The position numbers and the translations under genes are program-made. Shown piece by piece: positions 38,808-51,759 of a stretch of 64,000 nucleotides of DNA. The number at the start of each line of letters is the position of its first letter. The stretch's first letter is position 1. The notes below the pieces were generated by a model that made no database searches, was not told where the DNA came from, and saw only the letters and a program-made list of their open reading frames with translations. The stretch spans positions 49,042,001 to 49,106,000 of the forward strand of contig NC_043005.1 of assembly GCF_006345805.1 (NCBI RefSeq), read 5' to 3'. The stretch is from Octopus sinensis (lineage: Eukaryota).

Positions 38808-38992
38808 TCTACTCCATGCACAAGGCCCGAAATTTTGGGGGATGGGGCCAGTCGATTAGATCGACCCCAGTACGCAACTGGTGCTTAATTTATCGACCCT
38901 GAAAGGATGAAAGGCAAAGTTGACCTCGGGGAAATTTGAACTCAGAACATGAAGACAGACGGAGGTGCTAACGTTTCTTCCAGCTCGCCGCC
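38808..38992 (-). mobile_element. SINE family A (alternative tail)
   Basis: Family A head and body with GCACAAGGCCCGAAATTTTGGGG tail. Confidence 0.85.
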
Positions 38993-39200
38993 TAATGCCT
39001 TTAAATAATTGACAGGGAAATAAGAAAATCTGGAAAGGTTTTCAGCACAGGTCTACTTGTTCAAGACGACCTGGGGGTCAAACAACATGTACGTATGCAC
39101 ATACATACAAACAAACACACATGTATACATAAATACATACATACATATATATATATGTATCCGTAAAAAGATAATTCATTTATCTACTTCAATAACTATA

Positions 39201-39244
<44 letters not shown>

Positions 39245-39772
39245 GATGGGCTTCTTTCACTTTCAATCTGCCAAATCCACTCACAAGGCTTTGGTCAACC
39301 CAAGGCTAGGGTAGAAGACACTTTCCCAGAATGCCCGGAACCATGTGGTTAGGAAGCCAGCTTCTGACCACACAGCTACGCCTACTCATCTCTCTCCCTC
39401 TCTCTCTGTACATATATATGTATATATATATATATAAACAAAAAGATAGATAAAATCCACTTTAGCATTAAAACAATTCTTGTAACCGTTTTAGAAAAAT
39501 TAAGGTTAAAAACTACAGGTGTAGTTATTTCATTTAGATACAGCAACTCTTTTTACCTTAACATCCGACCGGTTTCTCTCATCCACAGAGCAGGGAACAG
39601 TAAATATTGTAGAAAGCGCTTCTTGTGATGATAATAACTATTTGTTATCAATAACCTACTCACAGCAAATAAACAGACGATATAATGAAGAATAAAGTTT
39701 TAAACACTCTAATTTTGATAACACTAACCGGTTAATGTCCGAGATTATAAACAACTTGCTGGTGTATATTTT

Positions 39773-40350
39773 TTTCTACTCCAGGCACAAGGCCCAACAT
39801 TTTGGGGAAGGGGACCAGTCGATTAGATCGATATCCAGTACGAAACTGGTACTCAATTTATCGACCCCGAAATAATGAAAGGCGAAGTCGACCTTGGCGG
39901 AATTTGAACTCAGAATGTAAAGACAGACGAAATACATATTTCTTTACTACCCACAAGGGGCTAAACACAGAGGGAACAAACAAGGACAGACAAACGGATT
40001 AAGTCGATTATATCAACTCCAGTGCGTAACTGGTACTTATTTAATCGACCCCGAAAGGATGAAAGGCAAAGTCGACTTCGGCGGAATTTGAACTCAGAAC
40101 GTAGCGGCAGACGAAATACCTATTTCTTTACTACCCACAAGGGGCTAAACACAGAAGGGACAAACAAGGACAGACAAACGGATTAAGTCGATTATATCGA
40201 CCCCAGTTACGCACTGGTACTTATTTAATCGACCCCGAAAGGATGAAAGGCAAAGTCGACCTCAGCGGAATTTGAACTCAGAACGTAACGGCAGACGAAA
40301 TGCCGCTAGACATTTCGCCCGGCGTGCTAACGTTTCTGCCAGCTCGCCAC
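39773..40350 (-). mobile_element. Family A SINE trimer (one headed plus two headless units)
   Basis: Three tandem units with matching junctions at about 40118 and 39934. Confidence 0.9.
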
Positions 40351-40749
40351 CTTCTTTGCTGTTGTATATTAATTTGAGTATGTGTGCATGAATAATGCAT
40401 ATATATTATGTATAAATGTAAGGAGAGAAAATAAATCTCTGCTATTTTAATATCCATTCAAAACTAGGATCCAATGTTCAAATATAAATAGTCCCTGATA
40501 CCTTATGTGACTCATACGTTATTTTCTTGACCAGCGAAGGGATAAAAAAGCAGTGTGGACTTCCAAAGGTTTGAACGCAGCACATTGGAGCGTCTCAAAT
40601 CAAAAACTTTTTTTTTTTTTTATTCATTTTACGCTCTGACGTTTCTGAAAGGTTTATTTAATTGTAATGACCAAGTTCATGCTACAGCATTTTCATTAAT
40701 GGGGGGTTAAAGTAATAAATTTATTTAAAAAAAAAAAAAAAAAACTTAC

Positions 40750-40807
40750 CCCAAACACGGGAGTCCGAACGGTTGCCTTCAGAAGCATTGCTTTCTGGAG
40801 TAAGCAT
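40750..40807 (-). CDS. Candidate first coding exon MLTPESNASEGNRSDSRVW(G), product unknown
   Basis: ATG at 40807 with A at -3 and an in-frame stop upstream; donor GG|GTAAGT at 40749; possible acceptor AAAACAG upstream near 40836. No downstream exon could be linked. Confidence 0.3.
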
Positions 40808-41686
40808 CTTGGTTGTAAATCACGGCTTGTTTACCCTGTTTTATTATAGAAAGTTTAACAAACTATCCTCCGGGTATAGATACATTGAAAACACAATGTA
40901 TCTATAAGACAAGTGTTCGTTAATGCCATCACTGTCTCTTAAGCACAGGAAAATATTTCTCCCAGGTTTCTCCGGCGGGAGGTTTATTTTTCACGTGTAA
41001 TAATAACGTGTGTATTCTGTCTGATTGTAGGTTTTTCTATGGTTTTACGTGACTGCTTGTATGTGTTGCGGGAAGATTGAGGGTGTGTGTGTGTATCTGC
41101 ACGTGTTTGTCTGTGTGTATCTGCGCGTGTCTATTTGTCTGTGTTTGTGTGTGTGTGTGTGTGTATGTGTGTGTATCTGCGTGTATCTGTGTATGCGTGC
41201 GTGTGTGAGTGTGCCCGCACCACCCTTTGTTAAATATGCAGAAGCAAATTACTACGATGGAGGCGGTGGCGGCGGCAGCGGTGGTGGTATTGGTGGTGTT
41301 GCTGCTGGTAGTAGTGGTGGTCATGATAGTGATAATATTAAAGATGATGATGATGATGAGGATGATGATGGTTTACGGTATCAAGCTCGATTTTCTGTCT
41401 CCCTCTTTTCTCGCTCTCTTTTTCTCTCTCTTTCCCTCTCTCTCCCCTTTTCTCTCCCACTCTCACTCTCTCCCTCTTCCCCTCTCACACTGTCTCGCTC
41501 TCTTTCTCTCTACACACATAGGAAAGGTATCCAATAGGAAAGCTACATCTCCTCTCTCTTGCTGCTGCTGCTGCTGCTGACCTGCCTGTTTGTTATTAAG
41601 CAAGAAGACCTGTGATGAAAGACCATTCCTGCCATGACCATCCTGTCATTTTAGCTTTACATCAAGGATTACAATTATTATTATTT

Positions 41687-41732
<46 letters not shown>

Positions 41733-41959
41733 CCGATGTTATTGCTGCTGTCGTTGTTCTTCTTGTTGAGATTGTTGATCTAGCATAACCATAGCGCCAA
41801 AAGAAGTTCCTTCCAAACGTGACTATTCCGTCTGATATTCAAATTCAAACATAGAGTATCTAGGACTACATTATATTAAGTACCCTTTTCCAAGAAAAAA
41901 AAAATATCTTAAACTGTGACTTCAAGTGGATTTAGCTACTGTTTCTAGCAAGGTCGAGT

Positions 41960-43068
41960 GGACAAGATCGTGGCTGTTGTTGTTGTTGTTGTTGTTGTGG
42001 TGGTGGTGGTGGTGGTGGTGGTGGTGATAGTGCTTTTCTTATTGATGATGTTGATGGTGGCGGTGGATGCTGGTGTTGTTGCTGTTGTTGTTGTTGTGGT
42101 GGTGGTGGTGGTGGTGGTGTTCAGCCCCTGACCAACCCCTGAACAAATAGTCCTATGATCAAAGGCATTCCTGCCGAGACCATCTCGTCGCTTTATGACT
42201 TAAAGGTAGGTCGCACGACCACACATGACCTAATGCGTCGAATTGTGTAGAGTAGTCGCGCTACCTTGTATTCCAGAGAGGAATTAGGCTGCTATATCTA
42301 GCACGTCGCACGATTTATTCAACGAAGGCAACGAACCCTGGATGGGGGGGGGTCAGTGTTGTTAATTCTTCTGTTGTTATTATCAGACTGGAAATAATAT
42401 TGTTGTTATTGTTGTTGTTTGCCTTTGTTTTGTGTTGTTGTTGTTGTTATTGTTGTTAGTCGTTGTAGATGGTTTTGTTTGCTATTGTAAATATAGCTGT
42501 TGCTGTTGTTGCTGTTGTCTTTGTTGTTGTTGTTGTTGTGGTGGTGGTGGTGGTGGTAGTGATGGTGGTGGTGGTGGTGGTGGTGGTGGTGGTGGTGATG
42601 GTGGTGGTGGTGGTGGTGGTGGTGATGGTGGTGATGGTGCTGGTGGTGGTGGTTGTGGTTGTGGTGGTTGTGGTGGTGGTGGTTGATGTCGTGGTGGTTG
42701 TGGTAATGGTGGTGGTGGTGGTGGCAGCGTTTGTAATTGTTGTTGCTGATGTACGTATATCAATTGCTGTAGGTATGATTTTGTTGTTGTTGGTGGTGGT
42801 GTTAGTGGTGGTGGTAGTGTTAGTGGTGGTGGTGGTGTTAGTGGTGGTGGTGGTGGTGGTGGTGGTGGTGGTGGTGGTAGTGGTGGTGGTGATGATGATG
42901 TTAGTGGTGGTGGTGGTGGTGGTGGTGGTGGTGATAATCGTTGCTGTTATGTGGTTGTTGTTGTTGTTCTTATAGGTGTAGCTGTTGTTGTTATTGTACT
43001 ATAGCTGTTGAGGTTGTTACTCTCGTTGCCGTTTGCTCCAATTGTCGTGGTCGTCTTTATTATTATTA

Positions 43069-43124
<56 letters not shown>

Positions 43125-43130
43125 CTATTA
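41960..43130. repeat. (GGT)n/(GTT)n/(GTA)n trinucleotide-repeat field
   Basis: Direct reading. Confidence 0.95.
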
Positions 43131-43518
43131 TCTAACAGGCTCTCCCAGCTGAGATCCATTGTTTATCGTAAAGATCTTCAGATTCCCTCATCTTCCATTT
43201 TCACATACGATACGCTCTCTTTTTTTTTTTTTATTTTCTTCTTCTTGTTTCCATCAAACATAGCTTCACCCGCCGCCGCCGCCTTCCACATCCAAAACTC
43301 TGCACCGCCACCTTCACCAACAGCAACAGTAACAGCAGCTGCAGCAGCAAAAGCAGCAGCAGCAGCACTAGCGCTAAGTCCATCGACACCAACTCCACCA
43401 AACACCTGCAGCACACAACCCACCTCTAACCGCTACAACCGGCACCACCTTCTGTACACCACAAGCGTATTATCTACATATAGTGCTGCTCTCCTTTTCT
43501 CTCTTTTTCTCTCTCTCC

Positions 43519-43549
<31 letters not shown>

Positions 43550-43635
43550 GCTTTCTCTGTCTCTCTTTATCTCTCTCGGACTACGTGTGTGCATACATGT
43601 ACACGTGCGTGCGCCATATAATATATATATATATA

Positions 43636-43688
<53 letters not shown>

Positions 43689-43715
43689 TCATATATGTAC
43701 ATACATGTTTATATA

Positions 43716-43781
<66 letters not shown>

Positions 43782-44291
43782 GTCGAATTGTATTTGGCTG
43801 ATCTAGAAACGTACGTTCTCAAATAACCTTTGCACTTGTGATTTTTTTTAATGTTTTTACCCCCATACCTTCGTGGGCTATTTTGAGTAAACACTATCTG
43901 AGAGAAATTTTCTTTAAGTATTAGAAATGGCTCTAAAAAATCTTTTTGGCTGCTATTTCTAATGAGTTCAGTATGTGGCAAAGTAATTTATTTACTAGCC
44001 CTTTATAAAATGTAATATTTTGAATTCGCCTTAAATGGTCCCTTTACATACTGAATACTTGGTGAAATTGATTAACAATTAATTAATTTTACCCTCAATT
44101 GTTGAAATTATATACATTTATATATATATACTTATATATATAAATATATATATGCATATTTATATGTATATATAAATACACACACAAACACACACATATA
44201 TTAACTGACAAGCAGAAATAAAATTGTAAATAAATCCACCCTTATAATTTATAATTTTTACTTAACATATATATATATATATGTATGTATG

Positions 44292-44322
<31 letters not shown>

Positions 44323-44358
44323 GTACGTATGTATGTAGGTAGGTATGCATGTATGTAG

Positions 44359-44394
<36 letters not shown>

Positions 44395-44405
44395 TCATAT
44401 ATATG

Positions 44406-44451
<46 letters not shown>

Positions 44452-44501
44452 TATATATATATATATTGTATGTGATATATATATATAATATATATATATA
44501 C

Positions 44502-44535
<34 letters not shown>

Positions 44536-44549
44536 TATATATATATAAA

Positions 44550-44710
44550 TAAGCGCAGGAGTGACTGTGTGGTAAGAAACTTGCTTCCCAACTATATGGT
44601 TCGGGTTCAGTCCCACTGCGTGGCACTTGGGCAAGTCTTCTACTATAGCTCGAGCCGACCAAAGCCTGGTGAGTGAATTTGGCTGACGGAAACTGAAAGA
44701 AGCCCAGGTA
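44550..44710 (+). mobile_element. SINE family B, 5' half
   Basis: GCGCAGGAGTGACTGTGTGGTAAG...AACTGAAAGAAGCCC. Confidence 0.8.
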
Positions 44711-44715
44711 TAAAG

Positions 44716-44800
<85 letters not shown>

Positions 44801-44803
<3 letters not shown>

Positions 44804-45192
44804 GGTCCCGGGTGAGTCGGGGTTAACCACAGTAAATAAGGTACTCAATACATGCAGAGTAAATTAATTTATTTTATAGAAGGAGCTTCTACAGGACTAG
44901 AACTGTTTCATTCAAAAGAAATCATCAGGAAGCTAGGTGACAAGAATAGTTTTGGCATTTATAAATTTAGGTGGGTTTATTTTAAGGGGTGGTGGTGGGG
45001 GGACTTTTGGGGTAGGCCTGGCGCAAACTATCATTCTTAAGGGGAGTGGTCAAAGGAGTCAGTGATAAAGATCACCCCTTTAAACCGCCTAAATGTATAA
45101 ATGCCAAAACTATTTTGTCACCTAGCTTCCTGATGATTTCTTTTGAATGAAAACAGTTCTAGTCCTGTAGAAGCTCCTTCTATAAAATAAAT
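44801..45192 (-). mobile_element. Family F element with an inverted partial duplication; two HHRs
   Basis: Arms 44867-44991 and 45073-45192 are inverted copies. HHRs at 44884-44934 (-, intact core) and 45124-45175 (+, GAAAAC insertion). Confidence 0.85.
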
Positions 45193-45193
45193 A

Positions 45194-45265
<72 letters not shown>

Positions 45266-45268
<3 letters not shown>

Positions 45269-45466
45269 ATCTAAACAAGAAAGCACAAAAAACCACAACA
45301 ACGCGAGGACGTGGAACAAATATAGTATTATTGGACGCTCAGGAGAGAAGGAAAGAAGGAGGGTTAACGTTTCGAGCAGAGCTCTTCGTCGGAAACAAGG
45401 AGAAGGAAAGATCCAGAGAAGGGAAGATGGAGGAAAAAAAATCGCCAACGGTACACACGAGGTCAC
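45266..45466 (-). mobile_element. ~200 bp TA-flanked element with a minimal HHR-like motif (45363-45396)
   Basis: Minus strand GTTT-CCGACGA-A-GAGC-TCT-GCTC-GAAAC-GTT-AAC. Confidence 0.55.
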
Positions 45467-45574
45467 ATATATATATATATTATATTATATATATTATATA
45501 TATATAGAGAGGACGAGAGGAGAGATGACGAAGAGAGATAGAGAGAGAGGACAGACAGACAGACAGACAGACAG

Positions 45575-45930
45575 GTGCGGGCGTGACAGTATAGTAATTC
45601 ACTTTCTAACCACGTGATTCCGAGTTCAGTCTCACTGAGTGATGCATTGGACGAGTGTCTACTACTTTAGCCTGTGTGAATTTGATCGACGGAAACTGAA
45701 AGAAACCCGAAAGCCTGAAAGAAGAATATATCTGTGTGTGTCTTTGTGTTTGTTTGTTTATTTGTTTAAATCCAGGTAAATTAGTGGTATGTCTAAAAGA
45801 GAGCCGATAGAGTAAGTACTAAATCTTAAAAAATAAGTACTGGCGTAGATTTTTTTTTTCCGACTAAACGCCTCAAGGCAGTTCCTTAGCATGGCTGCAA
45901 TCCAATGACTGAAGCAAGTAAAACATAAAG
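45575..45930 (+). mobile_element. SINE family B, diverged
   Basis: Head, GGAAACTGAAAGAA block and CAGCATGGC...GAAGCAAGTAAAA tail. Confidence 0.7.
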
Positions 45931-46699
45931 GACCTAGGAAGAGACAGACGGAAGAGAGAGAAAGACGGGAGAGAGAGAGAGAGAATAAACGAGAGAGAAA
46001 ATATAATGTTTATATTTGTATGTCTTCAAGTTCTTTCCGAAACCAAGTACGTGTGTGTGTTTTGTGTTCGTGTGTGTTTTGTGTTCGTGTTTGTGGTTTG
46101 TTGCTTGTGTAGCTCCGACCTAACGCTTGTCGAGAATACCTACGGTAAAAACCGCTGTTGCTGTGGCCATCAAGTCTCCTGTTTTTGTTTTCTCGTTTTG
46201 CTTTTCTGGTTTTCTTCTGTCTTCTTTTCTTTCTCACGTGTAGTGCATTTTATGTGTCCATTTATTTTATTTAAGATGATAATGTTGGTTTATTTTCTTA
46301 GGAAACGACGTATTACTTGCTATTTCTCCCGCCAGCTGTTAGTTAAGAAGACATAGTGACTTCTCTATGTGACTCGTGTTTATACAGGTGTGCTCGTATT
46401 TACTTACCTATATGTGTGTAAGTGACCTGTTTGCATGTGATGTGATGTGATGTGATGTGATGTGATGTGTGTGTGTGGTGTGACGCCTGTGCATCGATAT
46501 CTGAGTGGGAATGTGTGTGTCTATCTATGCTCGCTCACGCGTGCACATGCATGCATATGTATCAGTGCAGCATTTACGTAATAATGCATCCGTAAACCTG
46601 TGTATTCGTGAATATTTGTGTGTGTGTGTTGCATGTATATGATTTATAGACAGACAGGCAGATACAAAATAGATAGGATAGACAGACAGATAGATAGAG

Positions 46700-46734
<35 letters not shown>

Positions 46735-46764
46735 AGAATAGATAGATAGATAGATAATAGATAG

Positions 46765-46800
<36 letters not shown>

Positions 46801-46902
46801 GACAGACAGTTATATAGATATATACATACAAACATACATATACGCAAACATAATTGCATATATACGTACACATACACACACTCGTTCATATATCCTTTTT
46901 AT

Positions 46903-47103
46903 TATAAGCACAAGGCCGGAAATTTTGGGGGTGGGAGGTAGTCGATTACATCGACCCCAGAGCTCGACTAGTAATTATTTCATCAACCCCGAAAGGATGA
47001 AAAGCTCAGTCGACCTGGGCGGAATTTGAAATCAAAGCATAAAGACGGACGAAATGTTGCTAAGCATTTTGTCCGGCATGTTAATGATTCTGCCAGCTCA
47101 CTG
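46903..47103 (-). mobile_element. SINE family A (alternative tail)
   Basis: Similarity to 38808-38992. Confidence 0.8.
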
Positions 47104-47293
47104 CTACACCCCCCTCCACACACACACACACACAATATCACACACACACACACACACACATACGTACATATAAACATATATATATATATATATATACACT
47201 CGTGTGTACTCACACACTCAACACACGCGTATACACATATATGTACGGTTACATGTGGATGTGAACGTAGGAATGGGTACATATTTATATGTA

Positions 47294-48608
47294 TTGGGTT
47301 GGCAACTAAGTTTCGGCCGTTTTTTTTTTTTTATTCTGGAATATATTGCGTTTTTAAATTTTGGAATCTTTTTTTTTTTCGAGAATTCTATTTTTTAATC
47401 AGTTTGGAATCTATTTTGCTTTTTGTTTTGTTCTTTTTTTTTCTGGTTAATTTTAGTTTAATTTTTGTTTATTTTCAGATCATGAAAATGGAATGTCAAG
47501 TTAAGAAAAACGAGCATTTTCGACACCTTCTTTTTGCTTTTAATCAAGGTTCTAAGGCCGCAAAAGCTGCTCGCGACATTTGTGCTGTGTATGGAGAGGG
47601 TGCCATAGCTGAAAGAACTGCTCGTGATTGGTATGCCAAAAAAGTTCAAAAATGGAAATTTTGACCTCAAAGACGCACTTCGTTCTGGCCGTCCAGTTGA
47701 GTTCGATGAAGATCGATTAAACCAACTTTTGTACGAAAATTCTCGTCAAACGACAAGGGAACTGGCAGAGAAAATGGAATGCTCCCACACTGCTATAGAG
47801 AAGCATTTTCACTCGATGGGAAAGGTTCAGAAGTATGGAGCAAGGGTTCTGCATGCTTTAAGTGACAACAACAAAAATGAACGAGCCACAATCTCCGCTG
47901 GTTTGCTTACTTGTCACCGCTTAATTCATGGACACAAGCAACGATTTCTTTACCGAATCGTTACTGGCATCGAAAAATGGTACCTGTACATCCATATGAA
48001 GCAGCGTTAGGAACGGCTTAGCCCTGGGAAACAAGTGACACTGCGCGTGAAACAAGATCTTCATCCGCGTAAAACGATGTTGTGCGTATTGTAGGACTGG
48101 GAAGGGTTTATCCATTACGAATTGCTTGAACGGAACCAAACGGTCAACGCAGAACTCTATGTTCAACAGATGGAACGACTCAACACGGCTGTTCAAGAGA
48201 AAAGACTTAATCGTCGGCATGGAGTTCTTCTGCTGCACGACAACGCCCGCCCTCATATCGCCAATATGACCAGGGAAGCCATTCAAACGCATGGCTGGGA
48301 AGTGCTGCCACACCCGCCGTACTCTCCTGATTTGACACCAACGGATTTCCACCTCTTTCGATCTCTTTCAAATGCTATGCGCGGAGTTTCGTTCAATTCT
48401 GATGCAGAATTGAGAGCTTGGTTGGATGAATTTTTCGAGTCGAAATCGGGTGATTTCTACCAACGAGGTATTGAAAATTGTTGAACGTTGAGAAGAAGTT
48501 GTAAACAACAAAGGTTAATACATTACTGATTAATTAGTTGTTATTTTCTATTAAACCTTTTAAAATTTTAAATTTTAAAAAACTGCGTGAACTTAGTTGC
48601 CAACCTAA
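47294..48608 (+). mobile_element. Mariner (DD34D) transposon, full length, frameshifted
   Basis: TA-flanked TIRs TTGGGTTGGCAACTAAGTT / AACTTAGTTGCCAACCTAA. MECQVKKNEHFRH; RSGRP; LLHDNARPH; HPPYSPDLTPTDFHLFRSL. Confidence 0.93.
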
Positions 48609-49692
48609 TATATGTGCGTATATGCAAGTTTTTGCATGTTCTTGCAGATGTGCACGTGGGCACCCACGTATGTATGCCCGTGTGCTTGAGTATGTCATTA
48701 TTCAGTTTATTTCAAGATTTCTTGCCAATAGAGAAAGAACCTGTTTCTAACCTAGATCCAAGCCTCCTTCATGGGAATATCAACATCAACAACAGGGTAC
48801 TTTTGTATGTATGTATGTATGTATGTATGTATGTATGTATGCATGCATGCATGCATGCTGTATGTATGTATGTATGTATGCATGTATGTATGCATGTATG
48901 TATTATGTATGGATGGATGGATGGATGGATGGATGGATGGATGCATGGATGGATGCATGCATGTATGTATGCATATATGTATGTATGTATGCATGTATGT
49001 ATGTATGTATGTATGCATGTATGTATGTATGTAACATGTATGTATGTACGTATTTATGCATGCATGCATGTATGTATGTATGTATGTATGTATGTATGTA
49101 TGTATGTATGTATGTATGTATGTATGTGCAGATTTGTATGTTTTATGTATGTATTCTCATGCGTATAGTTGCATATCTAGACATGTTTATATATATTTAA
49201 ATGATAAACTTCTGAAAAGTTTTACAGATTTTTACAGTTCCAGTGATGGATTGGATTTGAAGTTTTCAAATTAGCTTTCACCTTTCTGGTTTTGAGAAGC
49301 CTAATATTTAGGCAATGTGTTACATATCGCAGGGCATCAATAATTACAGAAAGAAACCTGAACTTGTAATCTGGATAGAGTAACTGCAATGTATGTATGT
49401 ATGTATGTATGTATTTTGTACGTGTGACTATATGAATACATGTGTATTTACATGTGCATGTGCGTAAATGTGTGTATCTAGGTACGTATGCTTGTTTGTG
49501 TTTATCTGTTTATACGTCGTACGTAAGCGTTTTTGTGCTCATTTGTGTGAATACATATTACACCTACAAAGATGTTTGAACGTATGTATGTGTATGTGTA
49601 TGGTAAGTGTCTATTTGTTTATATGTGCCTTTGTGTGTCAATGCATGTATGTACTTCAGTGTTTCTGTGAACGTTTAGGTAGATAGATAGAT

Positions 49693-50053
49693 ATGTTTCT
49701 TTATTAGCCACATAGGGCTGAACACAAGCGGGACAAATTACAAAGTAGAGCTTTCCCTTTTGGGGAGAAAAAAAAAAGAGAGAAGTGGGTTAGGTTTTCG
49801 ATCAAAATGGATCGTAAAAAAGAAAGAAAAACAACGATCAATAGGGATCATGTATCACAGAAATGTCATGATGTAAAGTGTAAAGAGGGAAACAGATAAG
49901 GTTTATCCGTGGAAAGAAAAGTCTGCGGAAAAGACCACGGTAACCTCGGTCAATAATGTCGGTCAAACATTTATTTGCAAGTAAGTAACTCTATGTTTTA
50001 AATTTTTCCGGGTTCATAGGATCATACTCAAGGTGGCTTCGTCATTCATACGA

Positions 50054-50055
<2 letters not shown>
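49693..50055 (-). mobile_element. Tx1-like LINE 3' end within (GATA)n
   Basis: C-terminus RMNDEATLSMIL* plus 3' UTR; (GATA)n on both sides; terminus resembles 27215 and 50784. Confidence 0.65.
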
Positions 50056-50098
<43 letters not shown>

Positions 50099-50119
50099 TA
50101 GATAGATAGATAGATAGAT

Positions 50120-50154
<35 letters not shown>

Positions 50155-50175
50155 TAGATAGATAGATAGACAGAC

Positions 50176-50210
<35 letters not shown>

Positions 50211-50214
50211 AGAT

Positions 50215-50258
<44 letters not shown>

Positions 50259-50691
50259 TAGATATACGTGTCTTCTCCGTTTGTATGCGTGATGGAGAAA
50301 TATGCATTCACTTTAGTTTATTTTACCATTCTTATTGCAGACATGGCAACAGCTGCAGATATAGTAAATTCTTTCATAATTCCAAGTTAACAAAGAAAAT
50401 TAGAATGGTTTGAAGCGACAATCTGTACTGGTTCAATTAAAATTGTACTTTAATGTTAGAGAAAACGTCATAAGCGCTCCCAAAACATGCATATACATAC
50501 ATATATACATATTATGTAGTAGGTAGGTAGGTAGGAATGGATGGGTGAAACGTATACGTGCATACATGCACACATACACGCATGCATACATGCGTCTACA
50601 GATAGATAGATAGAGAGAGAGAGGGGGGAGGGAGTGAGAGTAAAAATACATGCACACAAACTTACGTATGGAAGTATATTCAGGCAGACAG

Positions 50692-50783
<92 letters not shown>

Positions 50784-50785
<2 letters not shown>

Positions 50786-50930
50786 GTTTCTTTATTGGCC
50801 ACACAGGGCTGCACACAGATGGAACAAGTTACAAGGTAGAGCTTTTCTTTTGGGGGAGAAAAAAAAAAGGTGGCGTAGGTTTTCGATCAAAAGGGATCGT
50901 AAAAGGGAAAAAAGAACAAAAAAAAGAAAA
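50784..50930 (-). mobile_element. Second, shorter 3' end of the same Tx1-like family within (GATA)n
   Basis: GTTTCTTTATT(A/G)GCCACA(T/C)AGGGCTG...GGTTTTCGATCAAA shared with 49693. Confidence 0.7.
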
Positions 50931-50982
50931 AAAGAAAAAAAAGGAAAAGAAAAAAAGAAAAAAGGGAAAAGATAAACAGATG

Positions 50983-51091
<109 letters not shown>

Positions 51092-51534
51092 GTAGGTAGG
51101 TTGGTAGGTAGGTAGGCAGACAGCTAGCCTGATAGACACTTTCTTTTCATAACTCGCCACACGTAGCTATTATGTATTTTATTCTATTGTGCAGTAATTG
51201 TGTAGTAAATGTTATTAACATTTTGCATCATTGAATATTTTGTTCCGTTCTGTTGTGTGCAATCCTCACAATTGTTATGTACGTCCTTTATTGCATTGTG
51301 TTGTAATTGTTTTATTGTATTGTGCCATAAACTGTAAATGTACTGTATCATAAATACGTTGTGTTATATTCTGAGTAACTGCGGTTCGTTGCTGTTACCG
51401 TTGTTATTTAGCTTCGATGCAGTCTTATTTGAGTAGACCTATCATCAAAGGCATTCAAATAGTAAACATCCAGTCCTTTGTTTGTTTGTTTTTTGTTTTT
51501 GTTTTTTTGTTTTTGTTTTTTTGTTTTTAAATAG

Positions 51535-51706
51535 TCATGTGGTTAGAAGTTTGCTTCCCAACCACATGGTTCAGAGTTCGGTCCCACCGCAAGACACCTT
51601 TGGGCAAGCGTCTTCTACTTTAGACTCGAGCTGGCTAAAGCCTTCTAACTGGATTTGGTTGACGGAAACTGAAAGAAGCTTCGTGTATGTATATATATAA
51701 TATATA

Positions 51707-51759
<53 letters not shown>

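Noticed and set aside
37952-40350. CRISPR-like look of regularly repeated ~30 bp blocks
   Set aside because: The intervening sequence is also homologous between units (SINE body), so there are no unique spacers; the context is eukaryotic with no cas genes.
42432-43826. Poly-Pro/Gln, poly-Val, poly-Gly, poly-Thr and poly-Ala ORFs suggesting a formin-like or transcription factor exon
   Set aside because: They derive from GGT/GTT/GTA/GCA repeats, are open in several frames and both strands, have frequent stops between tracts, and show no domain or consistent splice sites.
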